This document shows positions 45,986 to 57,021 of a DNA stretch of 64,000 nucleotides, one piece after another. The position numbers were made by a program, and so were the translations under genes. The notes below the pieces were generated by a model. The model worked only from the letters and a program-made list of their open reading frames with translations, was not told where the DNA came from and ran no database searches. The first letter of the stretch is position 1. The number at the start of each line of letters is the position of its first letter. Source of the stretch: Marispirochaeta sp. (GTDB lineage: Bacteria > Spirochaetota > Spirochaetia > JC444 > Marispirochaetaceae); assembly GCA_963676835.2 (NCBI GenBank), contig CAXXFF010000002.1, positions 1,280,001-1,344,000 on the forward strand, written 5' to 3'.

Positions 45986-47797
45986 TCAAGAAAGAGTTTC
46001 TGTTCCGGAAGGAAAAAGAATGGTGAACACAGATCCTTTTTCAATTTCGCTTTCCACGGTGATGGAGCCTTTGAGAATATCCTTTACGGTGGAGGCGCTT
46101 ATGTGCAGACCGATCCCGGAGCCGCCGGAGTCTGCCTTGGTGGTAAAGTAGGGATCAAAAATCTTGTCTTTTATCTCTTCGGGAATACCTACGCCGTTGT
46201 CTTTAACGCTTATAAGGACAGTATTGTCATTGGTTTTCTCGCCCTGGATGGTTATTATCCCTTCTTCCCTGCCGGAAAATCCATGGATAATGCTGTTCAT
46301 AACCAGATTGGTAATTACCTGGGAGAGTGCTCCGGGGTAACTGTCAACGATAATCTCCGGCTCACACTCAATTAGCACTTCTGCACAGGAGCGTTTAATT
46401 ACCGGCTTAAGGCTGGTTACAATTATCTTAAGATATTCATCCAGGTTAAACCGTCTCAGCTTTTCGCTGCTTTGATCCACCGCAACCTGTTTTATATCGG
46501 TGATAAATTCCCGGGCACGGTCGAGGTTCCTGTTGATTATGGACATAGCCTCTTCGGCAGTATTGAGGAAGGTTTCCAGATCTTTCTTGGTAAGTCTGTT
46601 TTCGCGAAAGTTGCGAATAATGGTCTCTACTTTACCCGCCATATGGGTTCCGGCAGTGTAGGCTACTCCCACGGGGGTATTGATTTCGTGGGTTATTCCT
46701 CCCACAAGAGACCCCAGAGATGCAAGCCGCTCTGATTCAATAAGCTGTGCCTTTGCATTGGAGAGTTCATCCAGGGAGTAGTCCAGCTCCCTGGTCCGTT
46801 CGGCAATCATGCTTTCGAGTTGGTATTGAAACTGCTCCAGCTTTACCTGGGCTGCCCTTTTTTCACTCTCATCAATTGCTATACCTTCAAAATAGCCTGG
46901 CTCTCCTGTTTCTGTACGTACGACCCTGATCATTACGGAGGCAGGAAAAATGACCCCGTATCTGTTCTTCAGGGAGACTTCAAATCTTTCCATTGAGTTT
47001 GAGTCTTTCAGCACTTCATGAATCTTATCAAACTCTTCGGTGTCGGCAAAATTCTGCTCTCGTGCGTTGGTTATATCGTTGATGAACTCTTCCGGATCTT
47101 CGTAGCCGTACATTTCCGCCAGGTACTGATTTGCTTCCAGATACTGCCCTTCTCTGGTTCCGCGGAAAATTCCTACCGGGAGGTTCTGGAAGAGTTCGTG
47201 GTAGATCTTCCCCGCTTCTTTGAGGGTTTCCATGGTCTCTTTTACCATGGAGATATCCGTTACGGTAATCAGCCTTGCTGCTTCTCCAGAACCATGCGGG
47301 TCTGGAATATTTACAATCCGTACGATACAGGGGAAGGAGGTCCCGTCTTTTTTCCTGTGAACAGTTTCAATCTCGCCGAATCCGTTGTGTTCAAGAGAAT
47401 AATAGAGATCTCTGCCTACCCGGTCATACTCCTCCTGACTGTCAAACATCAGCCTTGATTCAATACCGAAAAACTCTTCCTGGGTATAGCCGTAGAGCTC
47501 CAGTATCGCCGGGTTCCCCCAGAGGGCTTTGCGTTCAATGGTGAGGCATGTGGGAAGAGGAATAGCGCGGAGGAGTTCTTTTTTTGAGGGAAGTTTTATG
47601 TTTGTACCACTCGGCAGAGCAAAGGCTGATGACTCCATCCACTTCCGTATAAGGGGTATAAGCAGTACTGTAACTATTCCGGTTAGAAGCAGGCCGATTC
47701 CCAGTCCGGAAAAAAATGATGAATTCAATATATCCTCACCTTCTAAACTATCGAATATTATTACTGCCGGGTCAAGAATTAAATCTATTTTCTCCAT
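45986..47797 (-). CDS. PAS-PAS sensor histidine kinase (start may be TTG near 47728)
   Basis: TM helix, two PAS domains, GITHEINTP H-box, NLVMNSIIHG, DNGVGI, FDPYFTTK, GSGIGL. Confidence 0.9.
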   Translation of the reverse strand: MEKIDLILDPAVIIFDSLEGEDILNSSFFSGLGIGLLLTGIVTVLLIPLIRKWMESSAFALPSGTNIKLPSKKELLRAIPLPTCLTIERKALWGNPAILELYGYTQEEFFGIESRLMFDSQEEYDRVGRDLYYSLEHNGFGEIETVHRKKDGTSFPCIVRIVNIPDPHGSGEAARLITVTDISMVKETMETLKEAGKIYHELFQNLPVGIFRGTREGQYLEANQYLAEMYGYEDPEEFINDITNAREQNFADTEEFDKIHEVLKDSNSMERFEVSLKNRYGVIFPASVMIRVVRTETGEPGYFEGIAIDESEKRAAQVKLEQFQYQLESMIAERTRELDYSLDELSNAKAQLIESERLASLGSLVGGITHEINTPVGVAYTAGTHMAGKVETIIRNFRENRLTKKDLETFLNTAEEAMSIINRNLDRAREFITDIKQVAVDQSSEKLRRFNLDEYLKIIVTSLKPVIKRSCAEVLIECEPEIIVDSYPGALSQVITNLVMNSIIHGFSGREEGIITIQGEKTNDNTVLISVKDNGVGIPEEIKDKIFDPYFTTKADSGGSGIGLHISASTVKDILKGSITVESEIEKGSVFTILFPSGTETLS

Positions 47798-47802
47798 CTG
47801 CT

Positions 47803-47918
47803 CTACAGATTTGTCGAACTATGTTTGCAATGCTACGAAATTGTAGGTAAAGGTGCTGCTGTGGATGATGCTAACCTATGTGAAGTAATGACTTAGGGTA
47901 TTTGGTACGCTTCTTGCA
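47803..47918 (+). promoter_or_regulatory. sigma54 promoter of nifV-nifA with two upstream palindromic sites
   Basis: TTGGTACG-N4-TTGCA (GG 47904-5, GC 47916-7); CTACAGATTTGTCG 47803-16 and CTACGAAATTGTAG 47833-46. Confidence 0.8.
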
Positions 47919-47928
47919 TATTATTAGC

Positions 47929-49068
47929 ATGCGCATTTCCTCGTCATCTTCCACCGGCAAGGTTCTGGTGGTGGATTCTACCCTGCGGGATGGTGAACAG
48001 GCTCCGGGTATTGCTTTTTCGTATGATGAAAAACTTGCTCTGGCCCGATTATTGTATGAATCCGGGGTGGATGAGATCGAAACTCCCATTCCCAGCGGCG
48101 GTGAAGATGAGTTTCGCCTGAACCGGGAGCTGAACAGCCGGAAAATTCCGGCTCTGACGTTCTGCCGGGCAAGGAGAGAAGATATAGATGCTGCAGAAGC
48201 GTGCGGAGCACGGCGGGTACATATCTCTTTTCCGGTTTCAGACAGAATGCTCAAGATTTTCGGTATGAATCATGGCTGGCTGCTGGATACTATCGGAGAA
48301 ACCGGACGGCTCTGCTCGGACCGTTTTGAATTTTTCTCCGCAGGCATGCTGGACGCGAGCAGGGCGGGAATGCAGCGGTGTCTCGGGTTTTCCGAAGCTG
48401 CCCGGGAAGCAGGCTTTATGCGGATACGGTATGCCGATACCCTGGGAATTCAGTTCCCCGGCGAAGTTGCGAAAGTGTTTGCCAGTCTTTCATTTGTCGG
48501 TCTGCCCCTTGAGTACCATGGTCACAACGATTTCGGCCTGGCCCTCGCCAATGGTCTGGCTGCGGTTGAGGGTGGCGCGGCAGCAGTGTCTGCAACTGTT
48601 CTGGGAATAGGAGAACGGGCAGGGAATCTTGCACTGGAGGAGTTTGCCACGGCTCTGCATTTTTCCGGAAAAGGCAGAACCGGAATACAGCTTGATAAAC
48701 TTATTCCTCTCTGCAGAAAGACTGCGGAATTTTCTCATCGTGAAATCCCTTCGGACAAACCTATTGCGGGATCAGCGGTATTTCAGCATGAATCAGGTAT
48801 ACATACAGCGGCATTAATCCGGGATGAGTCGATTTTACAGCCGTTTTCACCCGAGCTTGTAGGGGGGGGCGGTTCTACTCTTGTTTTCGGGGCAACTTCA
48901 GGGTCTCATGCTCTGGAAGAAGCCTTCACCTCTTTAGGGATTGAAGCCGGTCATGAAGATATTCTTGGTTTTCTGGTCTGGCTGCGTTCTAAAGCGCGCC
49001 AGGAAAAACGATCCTATTCTGTAAACGATTTGGAGCATCTATATGGCGACTACAAGCAGCAAAAATGA
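47929..49068 (+). CDS. nifV: Homocitrate synthase
   Basis: [35 protein letters not shown]; adjacent to the nif cluster; start moved to ATG 47929. Confidence 0.88.
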   Translation: MRISSSSSTGKVLVVDSTLRDGEQAPGIAFSYDEKLALARLLYESGVDEIETPIPSGGEDEFRLNRELNSRKIPALTFCRARREDIDAAEACGARRVHISFPVSDRMLKIFGMNHGWLLDTIGETGRLCSDRFEFFSAGMLDASRAGMQRCLGFSEAAREAGFMRIRYADTLGIQFPGEVAKVFASLSFVGLPLEYHGHNDFGLALANGLAAVEGGAAAVSATVLGIGERAGNLALEEFATALHFSGKGRTGIQLDKLIPLCRKTAEFSHREIPSDKPIAGSAVFQHESGIHTAALIRDESILQPFSPELVGGGGSTLVFGATSGSHALEEAFTSLGIEAGHEDILGFLVWLRSKARQEKRSYSVNDLEHLYGDYKQQK

Positions 49069-50632
49069 AGCTGCCAATTTCTGTACCCACTGTGAGGTTC
49101 AGTTCAAGGAAATTCTCGAGCTTCTGGAGAATCTCAATGAGACAATTCAGAAGGATGATGATATTGCCAATATCGTAAGTGATACCCTTAAGGTTCTGTC
49201 TCAGCATAAACAGTTTGTCCGGGGCAGTGTTACTATTTTCGACCGGAAAAACAGCAAGATTGTAACCAAAGAGTCATTCGGGCTCAGTTCTGAGGAGCAG
49301 AGCCGTGGAATATATACCCTTGGCGAGGGGATAACCGGAGAAGTTGTGGAGACGGGGAAATCCATTCTTGTCACCAATATTTCGGAAGACAGCCGTTTTC
49401 TTAACCGTACCGGTGCCCGCCGTAATATGAGCGGCGAATCTACGGCTTTTATCTGTGTGCCGGTAAAGTCGGTCAGAGAAGTTATCGGTACCCTGAGTAT
49501 AGAGCGCTTAACCTCCGAGAGAACCGAGCTGGAAAGGGATCTGCAGTTTCTCCAGGTAACCGCCTCCATGATCAGCCAGGCTGTACGATTGTACCGCGGC
49601 CATTATGAGGAGCATCAGCAGCTTATCAGCGAGAACCTGCGGCTTACTGAAGCACTTAACGGCGGAGCCCGGCCGGGCAATATTATCGGCGAGACTACCA
49701 ATATGCGGGGGCTCTACTCCATGGTCCGCCGTGTGGCCGCAACCAATGCCACTGTCCTGATCCTTGGAGAAAGCGGTGTTGGAAAAGAGCTTGTTGCAAA
49801 GGCCATTCATGATGCCAGCAATCGCAACGGCTCTCCTTTTGTTACCCTCAACTGTGCCGCGCTGCCGGAAAATATCATTGAAAGTGAACTTTTCGGTCAT
49901 GAGAAAGGTGCCTTTACCGGTGCTGTTTCGGAGCGGAAAGGGCGGTTTGAACTGGCCGACAGGGGAACCATTTTTCTGGATGAGATTGGAGAACTGGGGC
50001 TGAATATGCAGGCTAAACTTCTGCGGGTACTGCAGGAACGTGAGTTTGAGCGGGTCGGCGGTGTTAAAACCCTGCATACCGATGTTCGTGTACTGGCGGC
50101 AACCAACCGTGACCTTGAGGAAGAGGTAAAGGCCGGCAAGTTTCGGGAGGATCTCTACTACCGATTGAACATCATCCCCCTTACCGTGCCACCCTTAAGG
50201 GAGAGAAAGGCGGATATTCTTCCACTGGTAAATCATTTTATCGAAAAAACCAACCGCAGAAACGGTCTGGATATAAAAAGAATCTCCACGCCGGCTATTG
50301 ATATGCTTATGGCCTACCACTGGCCCGGTAATGTCAGGGAACTGGAAAACTGCATTGAACGTGCAGCAATTCTTTCCGAGGACGGGGTTATTCATGGACA
50401 GCATCTGCCTCCGACGCTGCAGGTTGCATCACCGGTACACCGGGAAGGTGTCAGTGAAGGATCTCTGCAGCAGCGGCTGGATGCAGTGGAATACGAGTTG
50501 CTGGTGGACGGACTCAAAGCGACAAAGGGGAATCTTTCCAAGGCTGCAGAAATGCTGGGTCTTACCAACCGTCAGATAGGAATCCGCATGCGCAAGTACG
50601 GATTGAGCTTCCGGGAGTTCCGGGGCTACTGA
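49043..50632 (+). CDS. nifA: NifA/VnfA/AnfA-type sigma54 activator (GAF, AAA+, HTH)
   Basis: [36 protein letters not shown], Fis-type HTH; N-terminal CTHC. Confidence 0.88.
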   Translation: MATTSSKNEAANFCTHCEVQFKEILELLENLNETIQKDDDIANIVSDTLKVLSQHKQFVRGSVTIFDRKNSKIVTKESFGLSSEEQSRGIYTLGEGITGEVVETGKSILVTNISEDSRFLNRTGARRNMSGESTAFICVPVKSVREVIGTLSIERLTSERTELERDLQFLQVTASMISQAVRLYRGHYEEHQQLISENLRLTEALNGGARPGNIIGETTNMRGLYSMVRRVAATNATVLILGESGVGKELVAKAIHDASNRNGSPFVTLNCAALPENIIESELFGHEKGAFTGAVSERKGRFELADRGTIFLDEIGELGLNMQAKLLRVLQEREFERVGGVKTLHTDVRVLAATNRDLEEEVKAGKFREDLYYRLNIIPLTVPPLRERKADILPLVNHFIEKTNRRNGLDIKRISTPAIDMLMAYHWPGNVRELENCIERAAILSEDGVIHGQHLPPTLQVASPVHREGVSEGSLQQRLDAVEYELLVDGLKATKGNLSKAAEMLGLTNRQIGIRMRKYGLSFREFRGY

Positions 50633-50653
50633 TCTTTATTGATTCAATCAAAT

Positions 50654-50682
50654 GCCGTCCCTCCCGGGGGCGGCTTTTTTTT
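50654..50682 (+). terminator. Intrinsic terminator after nifA
   Basis: GCCGTCCC...GGGGCGGC followed by T8. Confidence 0.85.
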
Positions 50683-50851
50683 ACCTCCATGTACAGCGGT
50701 TTAGTTCCCGGTAAAGTGAATTTACATAAAGGTAAATTCAGTGTCTGGATATTTTATTGGAATGTTTGCTGTTTGCTGTTTGTAAAACATTATATTATAA
50801 CGAATTAGAAAATATATAATTTTCACCGGTATTTTTGGCACGCCCCTTGCA
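50681..50851 (+). promoter_or_regulatory. sigma54 promoter of the nifH operon with upstream activator sites
   Basis: TTGGCACGCCCCTTGCA 50835-50851; TGAATTTAC-N6-GTAAATTCA 50717-40; TTAC-N6-GTAC 50681-94. Confidence 0.88.
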
Positions 50852-50857
50852 GTATAG

Positions 50858-51730
<873 letters not shown>

Positions 51731-51748
51731 GTTCAGGGGAGGAGAGTT

Positions 51749-52081
51749 ATGGCGCAGATTTTAGTTAGATCAATTGTTCGTCCGGAAAAATCCCAGGAGG
51801 TTGTGGATGCCCTTCTGGAAGCGGGATATACCGCGGTAACCAAGGTTGATGTTGCAGGCCGCGGCCGTCAGCGTGGACTTAAAGTCGGTGAGGTTACCTA
51901 CGATGAGCTTCCCAAGACGATGCTCCTCACTGTAATTCCTGAAAAGGAAAAAGACATGGTACTGCGCACTGTAATGGAGAGTGCCAGGACCGGTGAAAGC
52001 GGAAACTACGGAGACGGTAAAGTCTTTGTTTCTCCCGTTGAACAGGTTTACACCATCAGCTCAGGCTTCCTGGAAGAGTAG
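51749..52081 (+). CDS. nifI1: PII-like nitrogenase regulator NifI1
   Basis: IVRPEK, GRGRQRGLKVGEVTYDELPK, GDGKVFV; lies between nifH and nifD. Confidence 0.92.
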   Translation: MAQILVRSIVRPEKSQEVVDALLEAGYTAVTKVDVAGRGRQRGLKVGEVTYDELPKTMLLTVIPEKEKDMVLRTVMESARTGESGNYGDGKVFVSPVEQVYTISSGFLEE

Positions 52082-52092
52082 GAGCGCAGCTG

Positions 52093-52470
52093 ATGATGAA
52101 GGAAGTAATGGCTGTCATCAGAATGAACATGATGAACAAGACCAAAGTGGCCTTAAGTGATGCGGGGTTTTCCTCCTTCACCGCCACCGGCAGGGTGCTG
52201 GGACGCGGTAAAGGAATGGTGGATTATACCATTATGAAGGGAGCTGAAGAGGGATATCCCGAGGCTCTTGCTCAGTTAGGTGACGGTCCCAGAATGATTC
52301 CCAAAAGGATCATTACCCTGATCGTACCTGAAGAAAAGGCAAAACTGGCGGTTGATACCATTATTGGTGTTAATCAGACAGGTAAGCCCGGAGACGGTAA
52401 GATTTTTGTTCTGCCTGTTGCAGAGAGTCACCGTGTCAGGACCGGAGAATCGGGAGTCGCTGTACTTTAA
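52093..52470 (+). CDS. nifI2: PII-like nitrogenase regulator NifI2
   Basis: KEVMAVIRMNMMNKTK, GRGKG, NQTGKPGDGKIFV, VRTGE. Confidence 0.92.
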   Translation: MMKEVMAVIRMNMMNKTKVALSDAGFSSFTATGRVLGRGKGMVDYTIMKGAEEGYPEALAQLGDGPRMIPKRIITLIVPEEKAKLAVDTIIGVNQTGKPGDGKIFVLPVAESHRVRTGESGVAVL

Positions 52471-52551
52471 CCGTACACGACAGAGTATTGTGCAGGCGGC
52501 TGCCGGATACCGGCAGGCCGCTTCCATTAGAGGGAAAGGAGCATAAGACCT

Positions 52552-54186
52552 ATGTCAGCTCAGAAATTTGATCATGATGCGTTTACCGCCGAGGTTACTG
52601 CAAAATATCCTCCCAAGGTAGCGCGTAAAAGAAAGAAGGCCATCGTTCCCAATACGGGCGATCCTGCAAACACCCCTGAGATTCAGGCCAACGTACGGAC
52701 CATCCCTGGCATAATCACCCAGCGTGGTTGTTCCTATGCCGGATGTAAGGGTGTAGTACTTGGGCCGACCAGGGACATTGTGAACATTACCCACGGACCT
52801 ATCGGTTGTGGATTCTACTCCTGGCTTACCCGGCGTAACCAGACAGCCCCTGAAGGGCCTGATGCGCCTAACTATATTCCGTACTGTTTTTCTACGGATA
52901 TGCAGGATTCAAACATCGTTTTCGGTGGTGAGAAGCTGCTGAAACAGGCGATTCAGGAAGCCTATGACCTGTTTCATCCCAAGGGAATTGCGATTTTCGC
53001 CACCTGTCCTGTTGGACTGATCGGTGACGATATCCATAACGTTGCCAAAGAGATGAAAGAGAAGTTCGGCGACTGTAACGTATTCGCCTTTTCCTGCGAA
53101 GGATACAAGGGTGTCAGTCAGTCTGCAGGTCACCACATTGCCAACAACCAGCTGTTCCGGCACCTGGTCGGAAACGACAGTACTCCTGTTGAAGGCAAGT
53201 TCATCATCAACCTGCTGGGTGAGTACAACATCGGTGGAGACGCCTTTGTTCTGGAAGAGCTGCTGGACCGCTGCGGGATTACCCTGAATGCGACCTTCTC
53301 CGGTAACTCTACCCTGAAGCAGTTTGAACAGAGTCATATGGCTGATCTGAACGCGATTATGTGTCACCGGTCCATCAACTATGTAGCGGAGATGATGGAG
53401 GAAAAATACGGTATTCCCTGGATAAAGGTTAACTTTATCGGTGCCGAATCTTCCGCCAAGTCCCTGCGCAAGATTGCCGAATACTTCGGTGATGCTGATC
53501 TCAGCGCCAGGGTTGAAGAGGTTATCGCCGAAGAGATGGCGGTAATTGAGCCCATAAAAGAGGCTGTGAAGCTGCGGAACCAGGGCAAGCTTGCCATGAT
53601 CTTCGTCGGCGGTTCACGGGCCCACCACTATCAGGATCTGTTCACCGAAATCGGCATGGATACAGTTGCTGCGGGTTACGAGTTTGCCCACCGGGATGAC
53701 TACGAGGGACGGAAGGTTATACCTAACATCAAGATTGATGCCGACTCCCGTAACATTGAGGAGCTCAAGGTCGAAAAAGACCCTGAAATGTTCAAACCCC
53801 GGAAGTCCGAAGCCGAAATGGCCGAGCTTGCTGCCAAGGGCTATGAGTTCAAGGACTACGAAGGAATGATGGCGCAGATGTCCGATAACAGTGTTGCCAT
53901 TGATGATATCAGCCACTACGAAATGGAAAAGGCTATTGAATACTACAAGCCCGCCATCTTCTGTGCCGGTATCAAGGAGAAATATGTAGTGCAGAAAATG
54001 GGTGTGCCCATGAAGCAGCTGCATAGTTATGACTACGGCGGACCTTTTGCAGGATTTGCGGGAGCAATCAACTTCTTCCGTGAAATCGATCGGGCTATCA
54101 ACAGCCGGGTATGGTCACTGATAGGTGCTCCCTGGGAGAAGGATCCTTCCCTCCGGGCCGCTTTCAACACTTACGTGGAGGATTAG
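52552..54186 (+). CDS. nifD: MoFe nitrogenase alpha chain (group II, with ~50-aa insertion)
   Basis: RGCSYAGC, HGPIGC, TCP P-cluster Cys; MCHRS and LHSYDY FeMo-co ligands; GGSRAHH. Confidence 0.97.
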   Translation: MSAQKFDHDAFTAEVTAKYPPKVARKRKKAIVPNTGDPANTPEIQANVRTIPGIITQRGCSYAGCKGVVLGPTRDIVNITHGPIGCGFYSWLTRRNQTAPEGPDAPNYIPYCFSTDMQDSNIVFGGEKLLKQAIQEAYDLFHPKGIAIFATCPVGLIGDDIHNVAKEMKEKFGDCNVFAFSCEGYKGVSQSAGHHIANNQLFRHLVGNDSTPVEGKFIINLLGEYNIGGDAFVLEELLDRCGITLNATFSGNSTLKQFEQSHMADLNAIMCHRSINYVAEMMEEKYGIPWIKVNFIGAESSAKSLRKIAEYFGDADLSARVEEVIAEEMAVIEPIKEAVKLRNQGKLAMIFVGGSRAHHYQDLFTEIGMDTVAAGYEFAHRDDYEGRKVIPNIKIDADSRNIEELKVEKDPEMFKPRKSEAEMAELAAKGYEFKDYEGMMAQMSDNSVAIDDISHYEMEKAIEYYKPAIFCAGIKEKYVVQKMGVPMKQLHSYDYGGPFAGFAGAINFFREIDRAINSRVWSLIGAPWEKDPSLRAAFNTYVED

Positions 54187-54189
54187 ACC

Positions 54190-55566
54190 ATGTTATTACG
54201 ACACACACCGACAGAAATTGCTGAACGGAAAGCCCTTACTATAAATCCGGCAAAAACCTGCCAGCCCATTGGTGCCCTCTATGCGGCGCTGGGTGTTCAC
54301 GGCTGTCTTCCCCACAGCCACGGTTCCCAGGGGTGCTGTTCCTATCACCGGTCTACCCTGACCAGACACTACAAGGAACCTATTATGGCGGGAACCAGCT
54401 CCTTTACTGAAGGATCTTCGGTTTTCGGCGGACAGGCCAACCTGCTTACCGCACTGAACACCATGTTCAGTGTATATGAGCCGGAAGTTGTGGCGGTTCA
54501 CTCAACCTGTCTTTCAGAGACAATCGGTGACGACCTGCCCCAGATTATCAAAAAAGCCTTCGATGACGGAAAAATCCCGGAAGGTAAAAAGGTAATCTAT
54601 GCAAATACACCCTCCTATGTAGGGTCCCATGTAACCGGATTTGCCAACATGGTTGCCGGAATTGCCCGGGGATTTGCAGTAGATGCCGAAGAGAAGATGA
54701 ACCAGATCAACGTTATTCCCGGCTGGGTTGAGCCCAGCGATATGCGTGAGATCAAACGTCTTCTTAAAACCATGCAGGTTCCCGCGGTGGTTTTCCCCGA
54801 CACATCTGATGTCGTTGATGCCCCCATGACCGGCAAGGCTGTTATGTATCCCAAGGGCGGGACAACCCAGGAAGAGCTTGTTTCTACCGGTTCAAGCTTT
54901 ATGACCCTGGCGCTGGGACCATTTGCTTCCGAGACAGGTGCCCAGGAGCTGAAAAAGCAGTGCCGTGTTCCCTACGAAGTTATGGATCTGCCCATCGGTA
55001 TCCAGGCAACCGACCGCTTCCTGCTGAAGGTTTCCGAGCTTACGGGGCATCAGGTTCCCGAAAGCATCAGTGATGAACGGGGCCGTGCTGTGGATATCAT
55101 TACCGATATGCAGCAGTACTTTTCCGGCAAAAAGGTAGCCATTTTCGGTGATCCTGATCAGCTGGTATCCCTGACAGAGTTCCTGCTGGACCTTGATATG
55201 AAACCTGTTCATATCGTTTCCGGTACTCCCGGAAAGGCTTTCCAGGAGAGAATGTCTGAAGTTCTCGGAGAGAACGAAGCCAATGTACATAACGGTCAGC
55301 GGGCGGACATGTTCCTTCTGCACCAGCTTATCAAGAATGAGCCGGTGGACCTGATAATCGGTAACACCTACGGCAAGTATATTGCCCGGGATGAGGATAT
55401 CCCCTTTGTAAGAATGGGATTCCCGATCCTCGACCGTATCGGCCACAGCTACTTCCCCACCGTGGGATACGCCGGAGCCATGCGGCTGATGGAAAAGATT
55501 CTTGGAGTGATGATGGATCGGCAGGATCGTGACTCTTCCGAAGAAACTTTCGAACTGGTTATGTAG
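54190..55566 (+). CDS. nifK: MoFe nitrogenase beta chain
   Basis: INPAKTCQPIGA, HGSQGCCSYHR, STCLSETIGDD, TPSYVGSH, GFPILDR. Confidence 0.97.
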   Translation: MLLRHTPTEIAERKALTINPAKTCQPIGALYAALGVHGCLPHSHGSQGCCSYHRSTLTRHYKEPIMAGTSSFTEGSSVFGGQANLLTALNTMFSVYEPEVVAVHSTCLSETIGDDLPQIIKKAFDDGKIPEGKKVIYANTPSYVGSHVTGFANMVAGIARGFAVDAEEKMNQINVIPGWVEPSDMREIKRLLKTMQVPAVVFPDTSDVVDAPMTGKAVMYPKGGTTQEELVSTGSSFMTLALGPFASETGAQELKKQCRVPYEVMDLPIGIQATDRFLLKVSELTGHQVPESISDERGRAVDIITDMQQYFSGKKVAIFGDPDQLVSLTEFLLDLDMKPVHIVSGTPGKAFQERMSEVLGENEANVHNGQRADMFLLHQLIKNEPVDLIIGNTYGKYIARDEDIPFVRMGFPILDRIGHSYFPTVGYAGAMRLMEKILGVMMDRQDRDSSEETFELVM

Positions 55567-55623
55567 CAACTATTTGCACTTCTTTACAGAAGATGCAGCG
55601 ATGTTAGAGCGAGGTATTTAGAT

Positions 55624-57021
55624 ATGGGAACAATCCGGAGCAACGAAAGCAGTGCCCTTGTGAGTGGACGGGAACGCCAGGTTCTTACCGTCGGGAAGGA
55701 CAGACACTCAATGAAGTGTGAAGCTCCTTCAACAGCCGGCGCAGTAAGTCAGCGTGCCTGTGTATTCTGCGGCTCCCGGGTTGTTCTCTATCCTATAGCC
55801 GATGCTCTGCATCTTATCCATGGTCCCATCGGATGTGCCGCCTATACCTGGGACATCCGGGGGGCCAGGAGTTCCGGTCCCGAACTGCACAGACTGAGTT
55901 TCTGTACCGATCTGCGGGAAAAAGAGGTCATCTTTGGAGGGATGGACAAGCTTGAAGCCACCCTCAGGGAACTGATTCCCCGCTATGCCCCCAAGGCGGC
56001 CTTTGTGTATGCCACCTGTATTGTGGGAATTATCGGTGACGATGTGGAAGCTGTCTGCCGCAAGGTGGAGAAGAGTGTCGGAATTCCTGTAATTCCCGTA
56101 CATTCCGAAGGTTTCAAGGGTACTAAAAAAGACGGCTACAAGGCTGCGTGTACCGCTCTGGAACGGATTGTCGGAAGCAGCACTGCTGCTCCGGCTGAGG
56201 GAAATACCATCAATATAATGGGCGAGTTCAACCTTGCCGGGGAGACCTGGATAATCAAGGACTACTACCGCCGTATGGGTATTGATGTTGTCTCCGTCAT
56301 GACCGGCGACGGCCGGGTGGATGATATTGCCAGGGCACATACGGCCAAACTGAATCTGGTCCAGTGTTCCGGCTCTCTCACCTATCTGGCGAAACGGATG
56401 GAAGAGAAATATGAAACTCCCTTTAAACGGGTTTCCTATTTTGGACTTGAAGATACCGCAGCGGCCCTGTATGAGGTTGCAGACTTTTTCGGTGACGATG
56501 AAGTGCGGGCTAAAACTGCCGAGCTTATCCGCGAAGAAGTAACAAAAGCGGAAGCAAAGATGGCTGAATACCGGAAAGTACTGAAAGGTAAAAAGGCTGC
56601 CATCTATGTCGGCGGCGCCTTTAAAGCCTTTTCTCTGATCAAACAGCTCCGCCGTCTTGGCGTGGATGTTGTTCTGGTGGGCAGCCAGACCGGAGGACCT
56701 GAGGATTATGAGCGTCTTGCCTCAATGTGTCCTCCCGGAACGGTAATTGTGGATGATTCCAATCCGCTTGAGCTCTGCAAGTTCCTTATTGAGTCCGATG
56801 CCGACCTTTTGATCGGCGGTGTTAAGGAACGGCCCCTGGCGTACAAGCTGGGTATCGGTTTTTGTGATCATAACCACGAGCGGAAAATCCCTCTCGTCGG
56901 TTTCGAAGGTGCGGTGAACTTTGCCGCTGAAGTAGCCGGTTCGGTGAATACACCGGTATGGCGTTTTATCCGCTCCCGTTCCAGGAAGATGGAGCAGGTA
57001 AACGAGGAGGATCGGGCATGA
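55624..57021 (+). CDS. nifE: FeMo-co scaffold NifE
   Basis: AGAVSQRACVFCGSR, HGPIGCAAYTW, TCIVGIIGDD, VQCSGS. Confidence 0.95.
   Translation: MGTIRSNESSALVSGRERQVLTVGKDRHSMKCEAPSTAGAVSQRACVFCGSRVVLYPIADALHLIHGPIGCAAYTWDIRGARSSGPELHRLSFCTDLREKEVIFGGMDKLEATLRELIPRYAPKAAFVYATCIVGIIGDDVEAVCRKVEKSVGIPVIPVHSEGFKGTKKDGYKAACTALERIVGSSTAAPAEGNTINIMGEFNLAGETWIIKDYYRRMGIDVVSVMTGDGRVDDIARAHTAKLNLVQCSGSLTYLAKRMEEKYETPFKRVSYFGLEDTAAALYEVADFFGDDEVRAKTAELIREEVTKAEAKMAEYRKVLKGKKAAIYVGGAFKAFSLIKQLRRLGVDVVLVGSQTGGPEDYERLASMCPPGTVIVDDSNPLELCKFLIESDADLLIGGVKERPLAYKLGIGFCDHNHERKIPLVGFEGAVNFAAEVAGSVNTPVWRFIRSRSRKMEQVNEEDRA

Noticed and set aside
52552..55566. Alternative (V or Fe-only) nitrogenase, given the VnfA-like regulation
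   Set aside because: No vnfG/anfG between D and K, nifEN present, and NifD has Mo-type motifs (LHSYDY) with the group II insertion
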